Shown: positions 24,343 through 36,516 of the stretch, one piece after another
Position numbering within the stretch: position 1 is the stretch's first letter
Layout: each line of letters opens with the position of its first letter
Source of the DNA: Puccinia triticina
Taxonomy: Eukaryota
Direction: 5' to 3'
DNA length: 64,000 bases
Assembly: GCA_026914245.1 (NCBI GenBank)
Contig: CP110439.1
Span: forward strand, 5,208,001 to 5,272,000
Translations under genes and position numbers: made by a program
Notes under the pieces: generated by a model
What the model was told of the DNA's origin: nothing
The model's database searches: none
What the model saw: the letters and a program-made list of their open reading frames with translations, nothing else

Positions 24343-24596
24343 CACTGCAAAAATAACTTGGTCAACTGCTCGCAGTTGACATGCAGGATACTCAAGCCAA
24401 GCTGTCATTGTAACTCCACATGAATGCAGAAGTGCCTTTGTTGGCACAGTCACTGTGCAAGGTGCACAGTGCACAGTGACTGTGCATTGAAGCTTGGGTT
24501 GAGCCAAACCTTGAGTAAGGCTGGTGTAACACCACAAGCTTCCTCAGAGTTGCCACATGTCAACTGCTCACAGTTGACACAGTTTTTTTTGCAGTG
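24343..24596. mobile_element. CACTG-terminated MITE, 3-bp TSD TAA
   Basis: TAA|CACTGCAAAAA...TTTTTGCAGTG|TAA. GTCAACTG..CAGTTGAC subterminal motifs are shared with 9633-9751. Confidence 0.8.
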
Positions 24597-24719
24597 TAAC
24601 TGACCTTGTTCCTTGGACTTGGTTGTTGATGTTGTTTCATAGCCATTATTTCCTGGTGTTGGAAGAGCTTGACATTGGTGAAATGCTCAAGAATTGATCC
24701 AAAGTCTCACCATCCATGT

Positions 24720-25112
24720 TCAAATCTGTATGGAGACAGAAATGAGATTTTTTGGGCGCAGGATTGTCTGCCTTACATATTTTCTTGGAAGAGTCTTGGT
24801 GTTTGCGTGGGGCAACTTGGCAGTCATGGAGGCCTTCATTCTTATAAGGAGCTGCACTTGCTGGATTGGACGGCCAAATATAAATTCATTCCACTTCAAA
24901 CGCCCATGGTCCAAGTGCCACGTGAACCGCGGGCATTTCCTTCCCCATTCTACCAGTAGGAGGCTTGGTTGGTAACTCTGACTTGGACGGCCCCTTTGAG
25001 ACCTTGAGAGCGCTGTTGCTGGGAGCATTGACTCTGCGTTGCAGATTGAAATACTTGAGTAAAGAGTAATCAGAGTGTACATGATGAAGAGCCTCTCTAT
25101 GGCCATCATCAT
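24720..25112 (-). CDS. Candidate small secreted protein (exon structure uncertain)
   Basis: N-terminus MAIERLFIMYTLITLYSSISICNA resembles a signal peptide (basic residue, hydrophobic core, small residues at -3/-1). No recognised domain. Confidence 0.3.
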   Translation of the reverse strand: MMMAIERLFIMYTLITLYSSISICNAESMLPATALSRSQRGRPSQSYQPSLLLVEWGRKCPRFTWHLDHGRLKWNEFIFGRPIQQVQLLIRMKASMTAKLPHANTKTLPRKYVRQTILRPKNLISVSIQI

Positions 25113-25197
25113 GCAGTGTACGTCTTCCTTGAAATTCTTCTTGATTTTTTTTTGCTGTCAGTTTCTGGGACAATCAGATAATCCTTACTCACATGCA

Positions 25198-25311
25198 GAA
25201 AACAGTGAGAAGCTCAAGAGAAATGGGTGCAACCAGAAACAGGTCAAACAGTGAGAAGCTCAAGAGAAATGTGTGCAACCAGAAAAGAAATGGGTGCAGC
25301 CAGAAACAGGT
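25198..25311. repeat. Short direct repeats
   Basis: AAACAGTGAGAAGCTCAAGAGAAATG twice and AGAAATG(G/T)GTGCA(A/G)CCAGAAA three times. Confidence 0.65.
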
Positions 25312-26036
25312 CCATGTTTCAGAGAATGCAATGGAACCATCACTGAGAATCTCCCACTGAACACAAGCGCCCCACCATGGAGATCTCCATCCTCAACGTG
25401 CTACCAGTTTCAGCATTGCCACCAACCAGAATGCCCTTTTTCTTTGTTGGATCTCCCAAAGGAACTTGTCTTGCACAGTCTTCGAGGATAAAGAAAACAT
25501 CAACGCTCACACACTGCTGTCCTCTGAACTTAAGCATTATGTTTAAGTTGGTTTAATTTTATCTCCACCTGTTGTAGAATCAGTATAGATAGCTGGCCTC
25601 CCAAGTTAACTGAGCAGGTTTCACGTAATTTTGTTTGATGATTACTGTTTGTATCAGCTGCAATCACAAGCCCTTCAATGGAAACAGAACTAGGCAATCA
25701 AGAACTAAAAACTCCCGCAAAGAAACCAAGAGACCAGAGTTTTTGGTTAACATTACAATGCGAACTTGATATATTCTATTAACGGTTTAACATTAAGCGG
25801 ACCGACACGCGCCGACCAAAACAATTTTTGGCGGCATTCCTTCCCCCTCCAAGTTTCTAACAAACCACAGGTACAAATTGACCTGGATTGCTTGGCTCTT
25901 TAAGTAATGGGCGCCAAACAAGAGTCAAGCAATAACCAGCAATCATCTACAGGCTGTGTGCCTTTATCCTTTTGCTCCATACCTCAGTTCATCTCCTAGT
26001 TATTATTATTGGTAAGTGCTTTGGCATGAAATGCAA

Positions 26037-26416
26037 CTAAATGTTGTCGAGTTTTTTTTTGATGACTCTTTCTAATGGGCAAACTGGACTGAGAATTTTG
26101 TCTTGAACCGAAGGATTCGGAACATCGGAAGCAGAAATCGATTGATGGCGATGTCGATCCAACTGATACAATTCCGAACAGCATTGGTATAGATTGATTA
26201 GCAGGTGACTGCATTTCTCTTGCGAGTAAGTATTCTTATTCAGACAACCTTGCAACTTGCAGGACTCCGATTGGCACGGCGGTGACTGATTTACCTTGAT
26301 TTTTATAGATTGCAAGGGGGTCGAACGTGATGTAGATCAATCGTTAGTAGTCTGCATGCAGGCCAGCAATTTCCTGCTCTGTTTTAAAGAAAACCGCCGT
26401 ACAGACTCACCGGCAT
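26037..26416 (-). CDS. CMC4: Twin CX9C-type mitochondrial intermembrane-space protein Cmc4 (p8-MTCP1 family)
   Basis: PCQSESCKLQGCLNKNTYSQEKCSHLLINLYQCCSELY...VCP matches the Cmc4 cysteine pattern. A 6-nt first exon ATGCCG|GTGAGT is followed by an intron with a TACTAAC branch site. Confidence 0.85.
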
Positions 26417-28034
26417 AACAGTGATCCTTCGCTTAACGGACCAAGTAGCTGCTTTTTGCTTTGCTCTCTGAAGTATTTTAAACTTATTGCGGTGGCTTCA
26501 GCGAGTTTGGGCGGTTGTGTGAAAGAGGATGGATAAGATTGGTCGCGGCTACTTATTGAAGTTGAAACTTGAGACCATGGCACGGGTCCGGGGAGGTCCG
26601 GGGATTGGCGAGTTTTTCGATTAGACACGGTCTGTCGCCGACTCGGGTCGAGGCTCTGAGCCATCCCCATAAATACATTCTGCTGAATCATGAAATCATG
26701 CTTCTTGGATCTTCTACATTGCTCCCCACAGGTATAAATAGGATTGAGCCTGTTGAAATACCAGTACATGTTTACCCATACACATGTGAGGCGCATGCAG
26801 ATCAACAACCACCACAAAACAAATTTTTCACAGATATATTTCTGACACAAATTTTTAGGGAGATAGAAACTGAATTCTAGATCCAATCATCCAGAACTGC
26901 AATCTCCAAGATAATGGTATGTGTAGACATATTTTTGATGAAAATTTCCAACAGAACTCTAGTACAGATGAGGAAGCCATCATCTTCACAACTTGGAGAA
27001 GCAAAGAGTGGTTTGTTGCCCTATGTCAAAAGGTATTGAGGGAGAATGGAAGTAGTGGATGAATTCCTCTGAAATCTGGGAACCTTGCTGGATATAGAAC
27101 CAAGAAGTCTAGAATTTTGCAGTGAAATCTAGCTTTTGGGTTGACTACACACAGCATATGTGTGTCTGAAAATTAATGGCTTGACTGTTTTAACTGCATT
27201 CATCCTATCAGATCACTTCTGGGAGGCCCACAGATCATGGCGGGAAGTCACCCAGTCAATGGATGAATGACTTCCTGTGTAGTCTGGAAGTCTCCCAGAT
27301 CTCAATTGACACCCCCAAAATCTTGATTTTTGGTAAAGAGGAAAATGTTTTCCTAAGCCTGAAGTTTGTTGCTTTCATGTGTGCTGGTCTCAATTTTGGT
27401 AGGTGTCTTAATTTAAGATCTAGATCTAGAGCTCTCTAAATGCCAACAAGTCATCCAATTAGGTCTTCAGAATCAGGTAGATCTGTTGCAGCCTGCTCAA
27501 AAGAAATGCTCCCAGTATTGGTTCAGTTGAACTTGCACTTTCATTTCTGCAAGCTGGATCTACATAAATTCATCCTTCTTTTTCTGTGGAAACCAATATT
27601 TGCCGTCTGAGACTGAAATAATAGTTTTGGCACACTCTTTTCTTTTTACCAAGTTACAGTAATTTACCAAATTATCAATCTTTGGAATGAACAGGTACAT
27701 TTGAGCTTTAATTTCCATGTAATTAAAACCAAACACCTAGTCAATTCTGGATAGAAATACTATGTATCTGTACCCTCTTCACTCTGGTCTTTCAACCAGG
27801 AGTCTGCACACATATCTATTCCAAAAAGAAAAAAATAGCAATCAATCAGAGCACAGGGCAGTACCACTGAGTCTAGCAACAATATCAATCCACTTGACTT
27901 TTTGGCTTATCTAGATTCCAGTAAACCCTATTTACTTGTCTGGTAGAGAACACAAAATACAACATGCATGCAGTTTCTTACTAAGGGTGACATTGCCGTG
28001 AGAGGGGACAGATGGAAGGGAAATATTTAAGCAT

Positions 28035-31000
28035 TTAAGATACAATGAACTTGAGAGTGATGAACTGGAACGGCTTGAATTTTAATTCAACGACTTGCTT
28101 GACGGGTTCATCGTCTTGGGTTTTCACTGATTTCAGTTGAGGATTACCGGCATCATGATCAGACTTAGGATTCTTCGCCGTCACCTCCAGTTGATTTATC
28201 TGGATTTTTTCGATCTCCCTTTCGAGGACATCGACGATGAAAACTTCTTGGGCTTGTACCAAACTATTCAAAACAGCGGAAACAAAATCCCCATTTTTGT
28301 TGTTTTGTTTTGGATGCGATTATGGAAAATAACACGATCAGAAAATTCGACGCCCTAGGACTAATCAACGAGCCAGACTCACGTGACTAATTTAACATTT
28401 GCGGAACCGCCGAAAGCTTCGTACAATCTTACTATGACAGTTTTGACCGGCTTTCGAGAGTGGAAACCGAACGTATCGTCTTCGCCTCTCTTGATGGTAT
28501 CCAAGATCACGTTTCGTGCACCCAATCCATCCAACTTGAAAATCTCAGTCACAGGTTCTAACAAACTTCTGGATGAGACTTTTCGTGGAGCATATCTGAG
28601 GTGAATGGGATTGTTGAAGGCTGCTGCTACTTGAGGTACATCGCTTTCTAAGAAATGGCCTCGATGGGGCAGAATGCCAAAGGACATGTGATGCACGCCT
28701 TGGTCTTGTTTTGGATCCGGATTCGTAGAGCCTCTCAACAACGAGAGCCTCAAGTAAGAACCTTCACATGCATAGCCGTCTGGAAACGATCTAATCAGTA
28801 GAGTATTGCTTTGCTTGGAGAGCGCAAGCTGCAGAAGGGAGCTGCTCACATTTACAGTCATTCAGCAGCGCCACTCCATATCCAAACTCCGAGAGATCAG
28901 CGAAACGGTGGCCACAAACTTCAAACTTGGCAGCATCCCAAGTAGTATTTTTGTGTGTTGGTCTCTGTAAGACGCCATATTGGATTTCGTAGGTTGCCTG
29001 ATCTGAACTGATGTCGAGGGGCACCTCGAACTTCAAGAACCTGTGTTGCTCGTGCCAATCGACGGTCGTGTCAAACCTGACCAAAGATAATGCGTCTTTT
29101 TTGAGGGATCCCGGTACGGCATCAAGTGAAATAGTTGCCTATCGAATTAGACAAACGCGCGTCAAAACATAATCGGCACTCATGCATCATGATCACATAT
29201 GGTTCCGTCGATGTTCTTACCGATATTTTAGATTTTCTATAGACACATTCCACCAAAATACTAGCTCGCAAGCCTCGAGGCTCCACCACTTTCACGCTAA
29301 TCGCCTCGATGCTCTCCTTCGTATCAAGATGGAAAATGTCGACATTCCAGGCATCGTAAGTGAGCGGTTGGTCTAAAGCCAACATGCCAGTCAGTCAATA
29401 ATCATGTATGAGTAATGTCCAACTGTACCCGACCTTGGTAAATTACAAAACCGCAGGTCTGCCCAGACAAAATTAATTCTCGTCTAAAGTGTTCAATATC
29501 GGGGATCAGTTAAGGGATAGGGATGAGTCTAGCAGGAGTGAATTCACCCTAATTCGGTGTCGACGATGCTGACTATTCTTCCACGAGATGAGATTTGGAT
29601 AGTCAAAGCTTTGTTGGCCAAGAAGTAACATGCTTCACCCGTATTCACATCTCTCACGACCGAAGCTAAGTAATCAAAAGCAAAGCTTCAGTTCGTCTCC
29701 CGTGGTTTGTCTAGATCAGATAGGCGCACCCGTCGCGAGTTGAATGTTTTCGTTGAAGTTGGATAAACTTTCGAGCTCGAGCAAGCCGTTTCCAAAGCCA
29801 TCCTTGGCGATTACGAAACCAGAGTCATCATCTGTCTTGCTGGCAGAGAATGCAGACCTGCCATCGTACATCTCGAGCGGAACACGTATAACTTCTTGAC
29901 GCGGGAACGAAAGCGTGTTCAAGCCAATGAGACTTCCGCCCCGGCTTGGCGACGCTGAAGCGACGTCGATCGCTTGGCTTCCAGATAGTGCGGCTTGACG
30001 TGCAGATTCTAAAAGATCTTTTCCCTTTTGAGTAACTTCGGCATAAAGCTACAAGAGGCCGATCATTCCAAGATTCAGTTGAATTTAACCAATGGCAGCT
30101 AGCAAGCCGTCTGGACCCTAACCTTTTCTGCATCTTCATAAACTTTTGCAATCGCGCTCCCCGGAAGAACATCGTGGAATTGACAGAGTAGTACTGAGAA
30201 CCAAACAATAATCAGCCGGAATTCAAACCATTCTCAGGAATATTTGAGCTTACTGACCTATCTCCCACAAATAATCTAGCTCATCCTTAGGATATTCATA
30301 ACCAGTATCTTTGCTAGACAAAGATGCCAGAGTAGCAAAGTATTCAATCTCTCGTAACAAGATTTCGGATTTTCGGTTATTTCTTTTGATTGACCCATGC
30401 GAAGTATACGTTCCGCGATGGTACTCAAGATACAACTATCAGACCACAAATCCATTAGTGGGCTGGAGATTTCAAGCGATGATAAAAGGCGACAACATAA
30501 CACACACCTCTCCCTTCCAGGTAGGCAAATCCTTTCCGTTTCGAGTTTTTTTCAACAGCATCTTGTAAAAGTCAGATACCGACTTGAAATATGAACCCGT
30601 AAGATTTAGTTGTCAGTTGGCCCGAACGTCATCAAAATTTCGACAAGAATGCTTACTGGTCCTTGCGTAACTTTCGGTACTCCTGAGTTCGACGAGTTGT
30701 TGGCAACTGAGCGGATACGACGGAGTTTCTCAATCATCGGAGCAAGCGGCTATATTAAGAGATAAGTGTTATATTAGGAACTGCCCAATAACATGATATG
30801 TTGAAGTGAGCGTGATCTGGACTGACTCCACCTCCACCATCACCATTTCCATACACGAGTCTACATGACGATGTTCGGTATTATAAAAAGCAGCCCTAAA
30901 GCGGGTACGCAAAGGAATAAATACTTACAGGCTTTTGTCCGACCATTCTAGATCTTTGTGATTACTGATCGCCTGGAGATAAAAAAGGAAACACGGTGAG

Positions 31001-33385
31001 AAATCCGGACAAACAAAATGGTTTGAAACCAGTCCAATCGCCCAAACCTTCAAGACTTCGTCCACATTACCCTGGGCGTTGTAAGTATCGACTGGTGTCA
31101 TGTGAACAAGCATTTGAGTCCCGTCGATTCCGATCCAATTGAAAGATGTGTGTGGAAACTTGTTGAACTCGGACCACGATAGCTAATTGCAACGAAATGG
31201 ATAGTACATGTCCAAGATCAATCTGTGAGCTGAGAAGGCGATGGGAAATCAGAAAAAAGGGGACGTTCACTTTTTGAGTAAAGAAATATGGAATTCCTGA
31301 TTGTCGGCAGATTTGAGGAATTTGGGAAGCATAGCCAAAGGAATCCGGCAACCAAAAGATATCCGTGTATTTCCCAAACCTAGACTTAAAATACCTTTGA
31401 CCGTATAGAAATTGTCTGAAATTGAGATGGGAGGGAGAAGACGAGGTTTTGACAAGATCAACGGATGATCGGGGTCATTTTTCGATTTGAAACAGGAAAA
31501 CATTGCAAACCTGCAAAGAGCTTCGCCAGATGGCATGTTCGTATCATTTTCAACCCATGAGCCACCTGTCACCAAGAACTTCCCATTCTCAACTTCCCGT
31601 CTGACTTTCGAGAACAATTGCGGATAGAGCTCCTCGAGCCATTTGTACTGCTGTGCTGAAGAGGCTATAAACCGATATTCGGGGTAGCGTTGTATCAAAT
31701 CGACCTGAGTTGACCAAGAACGCGCTATCTTTTGCTGAGTAACTGAAAAGGGCCAGAGCCAGGCGGTCTGTAGGACAAGAAATCAGGATCAAAGCTCGTA
31801 AAATTCATATTGCCTGATCAATCGGCTGAGCAATGATATAGCTCACGTCAATGTGGCAGTGCCCGATAGCAAACACTGGAGCGCCTTCAGAATCCCCTTC
31901 GAAGTCACAATCAGACTTGGGATCATAAATTGGTTTTTGGGCCCAATCAGATCCCAAAATTTTTTCGGCAATCTTTCTACAAGCGGGAATGGTCGAGAAG
32001 TCGTCGGGTTTGAAGGTGTTCACAATTTCCATAGCCACGCTTTGTGCCTTGAGACAAGTGGGACTGGTGACCGGAAGAGAGGTTGTCAACCCTGCATTTT
32101 CCAAGAAACACTCAGTCAATGTGGAATTCCCCGGCTCGAGATAAGAATACGAATGCATACCCGAGATCACTCTGAAGTCCCAGAGCAAATCCCAAGCGTC
32201 CATACGGGGCACAGCTATTTCAGCTGTAGCCAGCTCAAAGAATACGTCGTCATGAGGCTCAAGTTTGCCTTCATCGGGCACACCAAACATAGCTGTATGA
32301 AATCGGAAAGCACATGATCAAAATGAAATCGCGCCAAAAGCTTTGTCATGAGGAAAAATAAAAACGGGAGCAGGCTAACCATTTGCAGAGACTTCGATAT
32401 ATATTTGGAAGGGGAATGATCTGGTTTGCTTTGGAATAATATAGTTGACCCTTCTGGCATCATCGGTACCACCTGTGATCCCTTGAAGTGGCAAGCCTTC
32501 AGCTGTATAGATCATAGCTTCACATCTAAATCAAAAACAGTAAAATACCGGGTGGCAATATTATTATGTAACCGAATATGAAGTTATATGCTGTTTTTTC
32601 CTGCAAGACGTGAATACTGAACCTGCTTACCCCGGATCAAACTCAAATTGAACCCTTTCTTTCTCTTGGTACTGCTTCGGGACGGTCAAGGTTGCCTTGA
32701 CCCAATGGTTAGACTAAACAACAGACAACACACATCCGAATGAGATTCATGCCAAGAAGCCATAGATTAGAATGGAGTTCAAAGCACTCAAAAAAAAGTA
32801 GACTCACCCAACTCGGACCAAATTTAAATCCTGGCGGTCAAATCATCATCACGCCAACAAAGATAGAGAGTTTGTTAATTTTGCTTTATTTCAAGATTGT
32901 TGTATAAAGATGCAAAGCAGAGCCCATGTGACGAACCTTTGGAGATTTTTTTATAATTTTGACGGACCGCTTCGGCAAACGTAGGCTTCGATAATTTTGG
33001 TGCAGACCAAACTTCGAGTTTGACGGCTGACTCTGAGCCATCTCGGGCTAGGTGGTATGTTCGGGATGGGGGAGTAGATCGAAAATCGTAAGAGAGTCGT
33101 GAGTTTCGTGAAAGAATACCCAAATGAATCAATAGGATGTGGTGGCGAACTTACCCTCATAAAGCGCCGAGGTTAAGTTTTGAGCGGTGTAGTCGCCACC
33201 AACGAAGTTCTTCAAATGTGCCAAGGTGACACTCCTTCAGAAATCGAACAATCCAAAAAGAGTCACGAACAGCGTGACCGTCAAAAATTGTCGGTCATAA
33301 TGTCGGTTGAAGATGATTAAATCGCTGACCTGAACCGGTTTGTGCGGGGAAGAGACTCCGTTAAGGGATAAGCACCGGAAGCCAT
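28035..33385 (-). CDS. AMS1: Glycoside hydrolase family 38 alpha-mannosidase (vacuolar/cytosolic), many exons
   Basis: [123 protein letters not shown]. Start MASGAYP at 33385. Confidence 0.95.
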
Positions 33386-34402
33386 CTTTGCTACGATGTC
33401 CAAACTGGGGTAAAATATCTGCTTGCTGACCAGACCATAAAATCGTTCAACTGGTTAGCCCGATTCAAAGCAAAACAAAAAGTTAAACAAGTGGAAGACA
33501 CGAACCAACAATTGACTGACTCTTTGGCGGTTTGAGTCTTTGAGCGAAGATACTTTTCAGTTGCCGCCGGCGCGGGGGAATCGAGCCTGACTCCTTTCCG
33601 CTCCTGTCAAGATTTTGTAGCGAGTGGTGCTACAGTGACGTCACAGGCTGGGAATTCCTAAAGTGGGGAGTCCACTTGATCACGGGCCGGGCGGCGAGAA
33701 CGGCCCAGCAGGGCCCAGCCCCTCGCCCTCGCCAAGTAAAGTTATCGCTTTCTCGATGCACAATCAACCCAGTTCGACTCAAAAAAAGTCAAAGAAAAAG
33801 ACAACAAAGGACAACAGACAACTCCCGGAGCTGTCCACCTAGGGGAAATCAATCAACAACAATCCAATAACTTAGACGATGTGGCCGAATGGTGCATGGA
33901 TTAGGAAACCGCCGGACTTCGGGATCCGAATGGGCAGCACATGGATGAACCTCTTGGACTCCTAGACTAAAATACATACAACTCCAGTTACTCCTACCGC
34001 TACGTGACCTGCGATCGTCTGTCTAGACTGGCTGGCATCAGCATGCGGCCTCCTTTATTTGAACCATCAGTCCGAGCTTGGCTGTCTAGCCTGCTCTTTA
34101 ACAACCTGGAAATTTTGTTTTTCGGCGGAAAAGTTCATACATTTTGATTACCCTTATGTGTAGCGGTTTCCAGGGTCCTGGGCTGTCCTGGGGCAGTGGA
34201 CTGCGAGTCTGCGGAAGAAGCAAAGTTTGGGATACTAGGCAATACCAAAAGCAGGATATGATTCGACAGAATATCCTAGAGGGATCCTCATCCAAGCTTC
34301 TCGAAAGAGACCATCTCAGTCGGCTGGTTTCGACAGCGGACCTCCTGAAAACAATTGGACGTGTCCAGTGTTGCCGCCGTCCAGCTCAACGCCATATCCA
34401 TC

Positions 34403-35696
34403 ATGGCCGACCCTCAAGAAAACGCGTATGGCTTCGTAGACTCATTCAACGCGGATGAAACTCCAGACCGTGAAGGGATCGAGCACTACAAGGGTATGTG
34501 TACCAAAACATCCCATGTTGAAGGATTCTATGTATAGAAAAATGACAATTCTTTTCAATCCAGCTTTGGCTATACAGACGGTGGATGATATTCAGGAAAC
34601 ACTTCTGAGTGTTTATAATTTCGTGCCCTGCCACGAGCCAATCGAAGCCTTCAATCAAGTCCAAGTAAGAACGGAGCACCTGGACAAACTGCTATCGGAT
34701 CTTGTGCCCACAGTCAGACGTCACGTTGCTGCATTATCGGAAGCAGTTTTAGACCTATCCGATCATCCAAACGAGTCGATTTCGAGACTGAAGCTAGTCG
34801 CAGGAGTCGTGCCAGCATTGGGTAGCACGTGGGGACAATTGTCGTCCTGCCTTCGCACCGCTCACCCTGGACGTATGTATGCACGTTGGACCAGACATGA
34901 TAAGTACTTCAAGGACAGGAAAGCATTCAGGACCGGTGAACTGCAGCAACGGATATTCGCGTCGGCCCAAGCCATTCTTGACTTTTTTGCATGCTCTCGC
35001 GCGGCTATTGGACGATTAGGAAACTTGTCTGACGATCAACCTCAGGAGAGACCAGCAGTGCTCAAGCAAACAGCCGCCTGCTTGAAATCGATCGATCGAG
35101 TAGCCGAATTGATCAACACATCTGAACTAGATATTATCCAAGATCATTGGCAGAGTTCTATTACAGATTCAATGAATGACTCGCTCGATAGGTTACTCCA
35201 ATTTGTCTCAGCGCACTCGCATCAAGTCGATTCACCTCAAAGCCGATTGAAGGACCCTAATCTTGCAGGATTGATGATGGTCATAATTAAACTCGAGAGA
35301 TTGTTCTTCACGAAGCTATCGAGAATATTGACCGATAAACGCATCTTCGCCATGGTGACCGATTTGTCTTCAAGGGAACTCTATAAATTGAGTTTATTTA
35401 CACACTCGGTTTCGAGACGTATCAGTGACATAGTGGACGTTCTATGTGAAGACAACTTGCGGGGGGAACCTCTGCATACGAGTTTGGCGGCTATCGAGGA
35501 CGCAACGACGTATCTTCTAATATTCCCTAACATTATTTTCCCCACCATTCGCGAAGTCTTTGTTCCTTTGCGTCACGACCCTGATCAACCTTCACCTGTC
35601 ATTTACTTCAAGGCTTGGTTTTATCAATGGAATAATCATCTTTTCTTGGCCATTCGAAACTTCTTCGAAGCTGCTGGACTCGCTGTAGATTTTTAG
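34403..35696 (+). CDS. Hypothetical helical protein (likely rust-lineage-specific family), 2 exons
   Basis: ATG 34403 (MADPQENAY...), intron GTATGT..CAG ~34494-34563, long open exon to TAG 35696. Leucine-rich, no recognised domain. Confidence 0.7.
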
Positions 35697-36516
35697 TGCC
35701 TCTTTGTCTTCTTCTTGCGTTCATCTTGACCTCACTCCTTCATCCTACTGTCTTGGATACTTCACTAGCGCCCAGATTAACTAACCAAAATATCCAAAAC
35801 CTCTAACAAAAAAGCCCCACCCTGATCATCAGAATTTTTAACTCCTAGGTTTTGCACTTATTTATTTGTAATCAGTGATTTGGCATGTATTGATATGTGA
35901 TATGGACTCCCGATTTCTGGTTGGTAGCTAGCCCTTATAAGCTTGCTTTTATCTTAAGAAGGCTTCGTGATGTGTTGTCGCTGATGCAAACCATGCTAAA
36001 CATGACCATCAAACTGTGCAAGACATAATATGGTACATCCAAATGGGGCATTACAAACATGATTAAGCTGGATTGGGCAAGAGGTTAGATTCCGTTACAT
36101 GCAAAGATGTAGTCAAACTCATATTGCTATATCCCTAATGACCAAAAGCTCAACACCTTTGAGCCAAGACAGGACGTGTGATCTCGAGCGTTGTAGTTGG
36201 TGTTCTGAATGGACAACAAAGCCGACACGAATGCACAAGCCATCTGCCAGAATGAATGCCACTGCGTACGTACATACATAAACACGGAAGATAAAACCTT
36301 TTAGCTTTTGAGAGCTGCTTCTCAGAGCTTGGCGTTGGAAGCAAATTAAGTGAAGAACGATGAAGGAGTAATACACGAACTAGTTTTCAAAAATCATATA
36401 AAATATCCTAGATCAAGGAAATGTACTATGTATCTATATACAGATTAACAAGAAAATAGATTACAAAAAAAGGTGAAAGAAAATCTATTAGGTTATGTAT
36501 ACTGATGTGAGACTTC

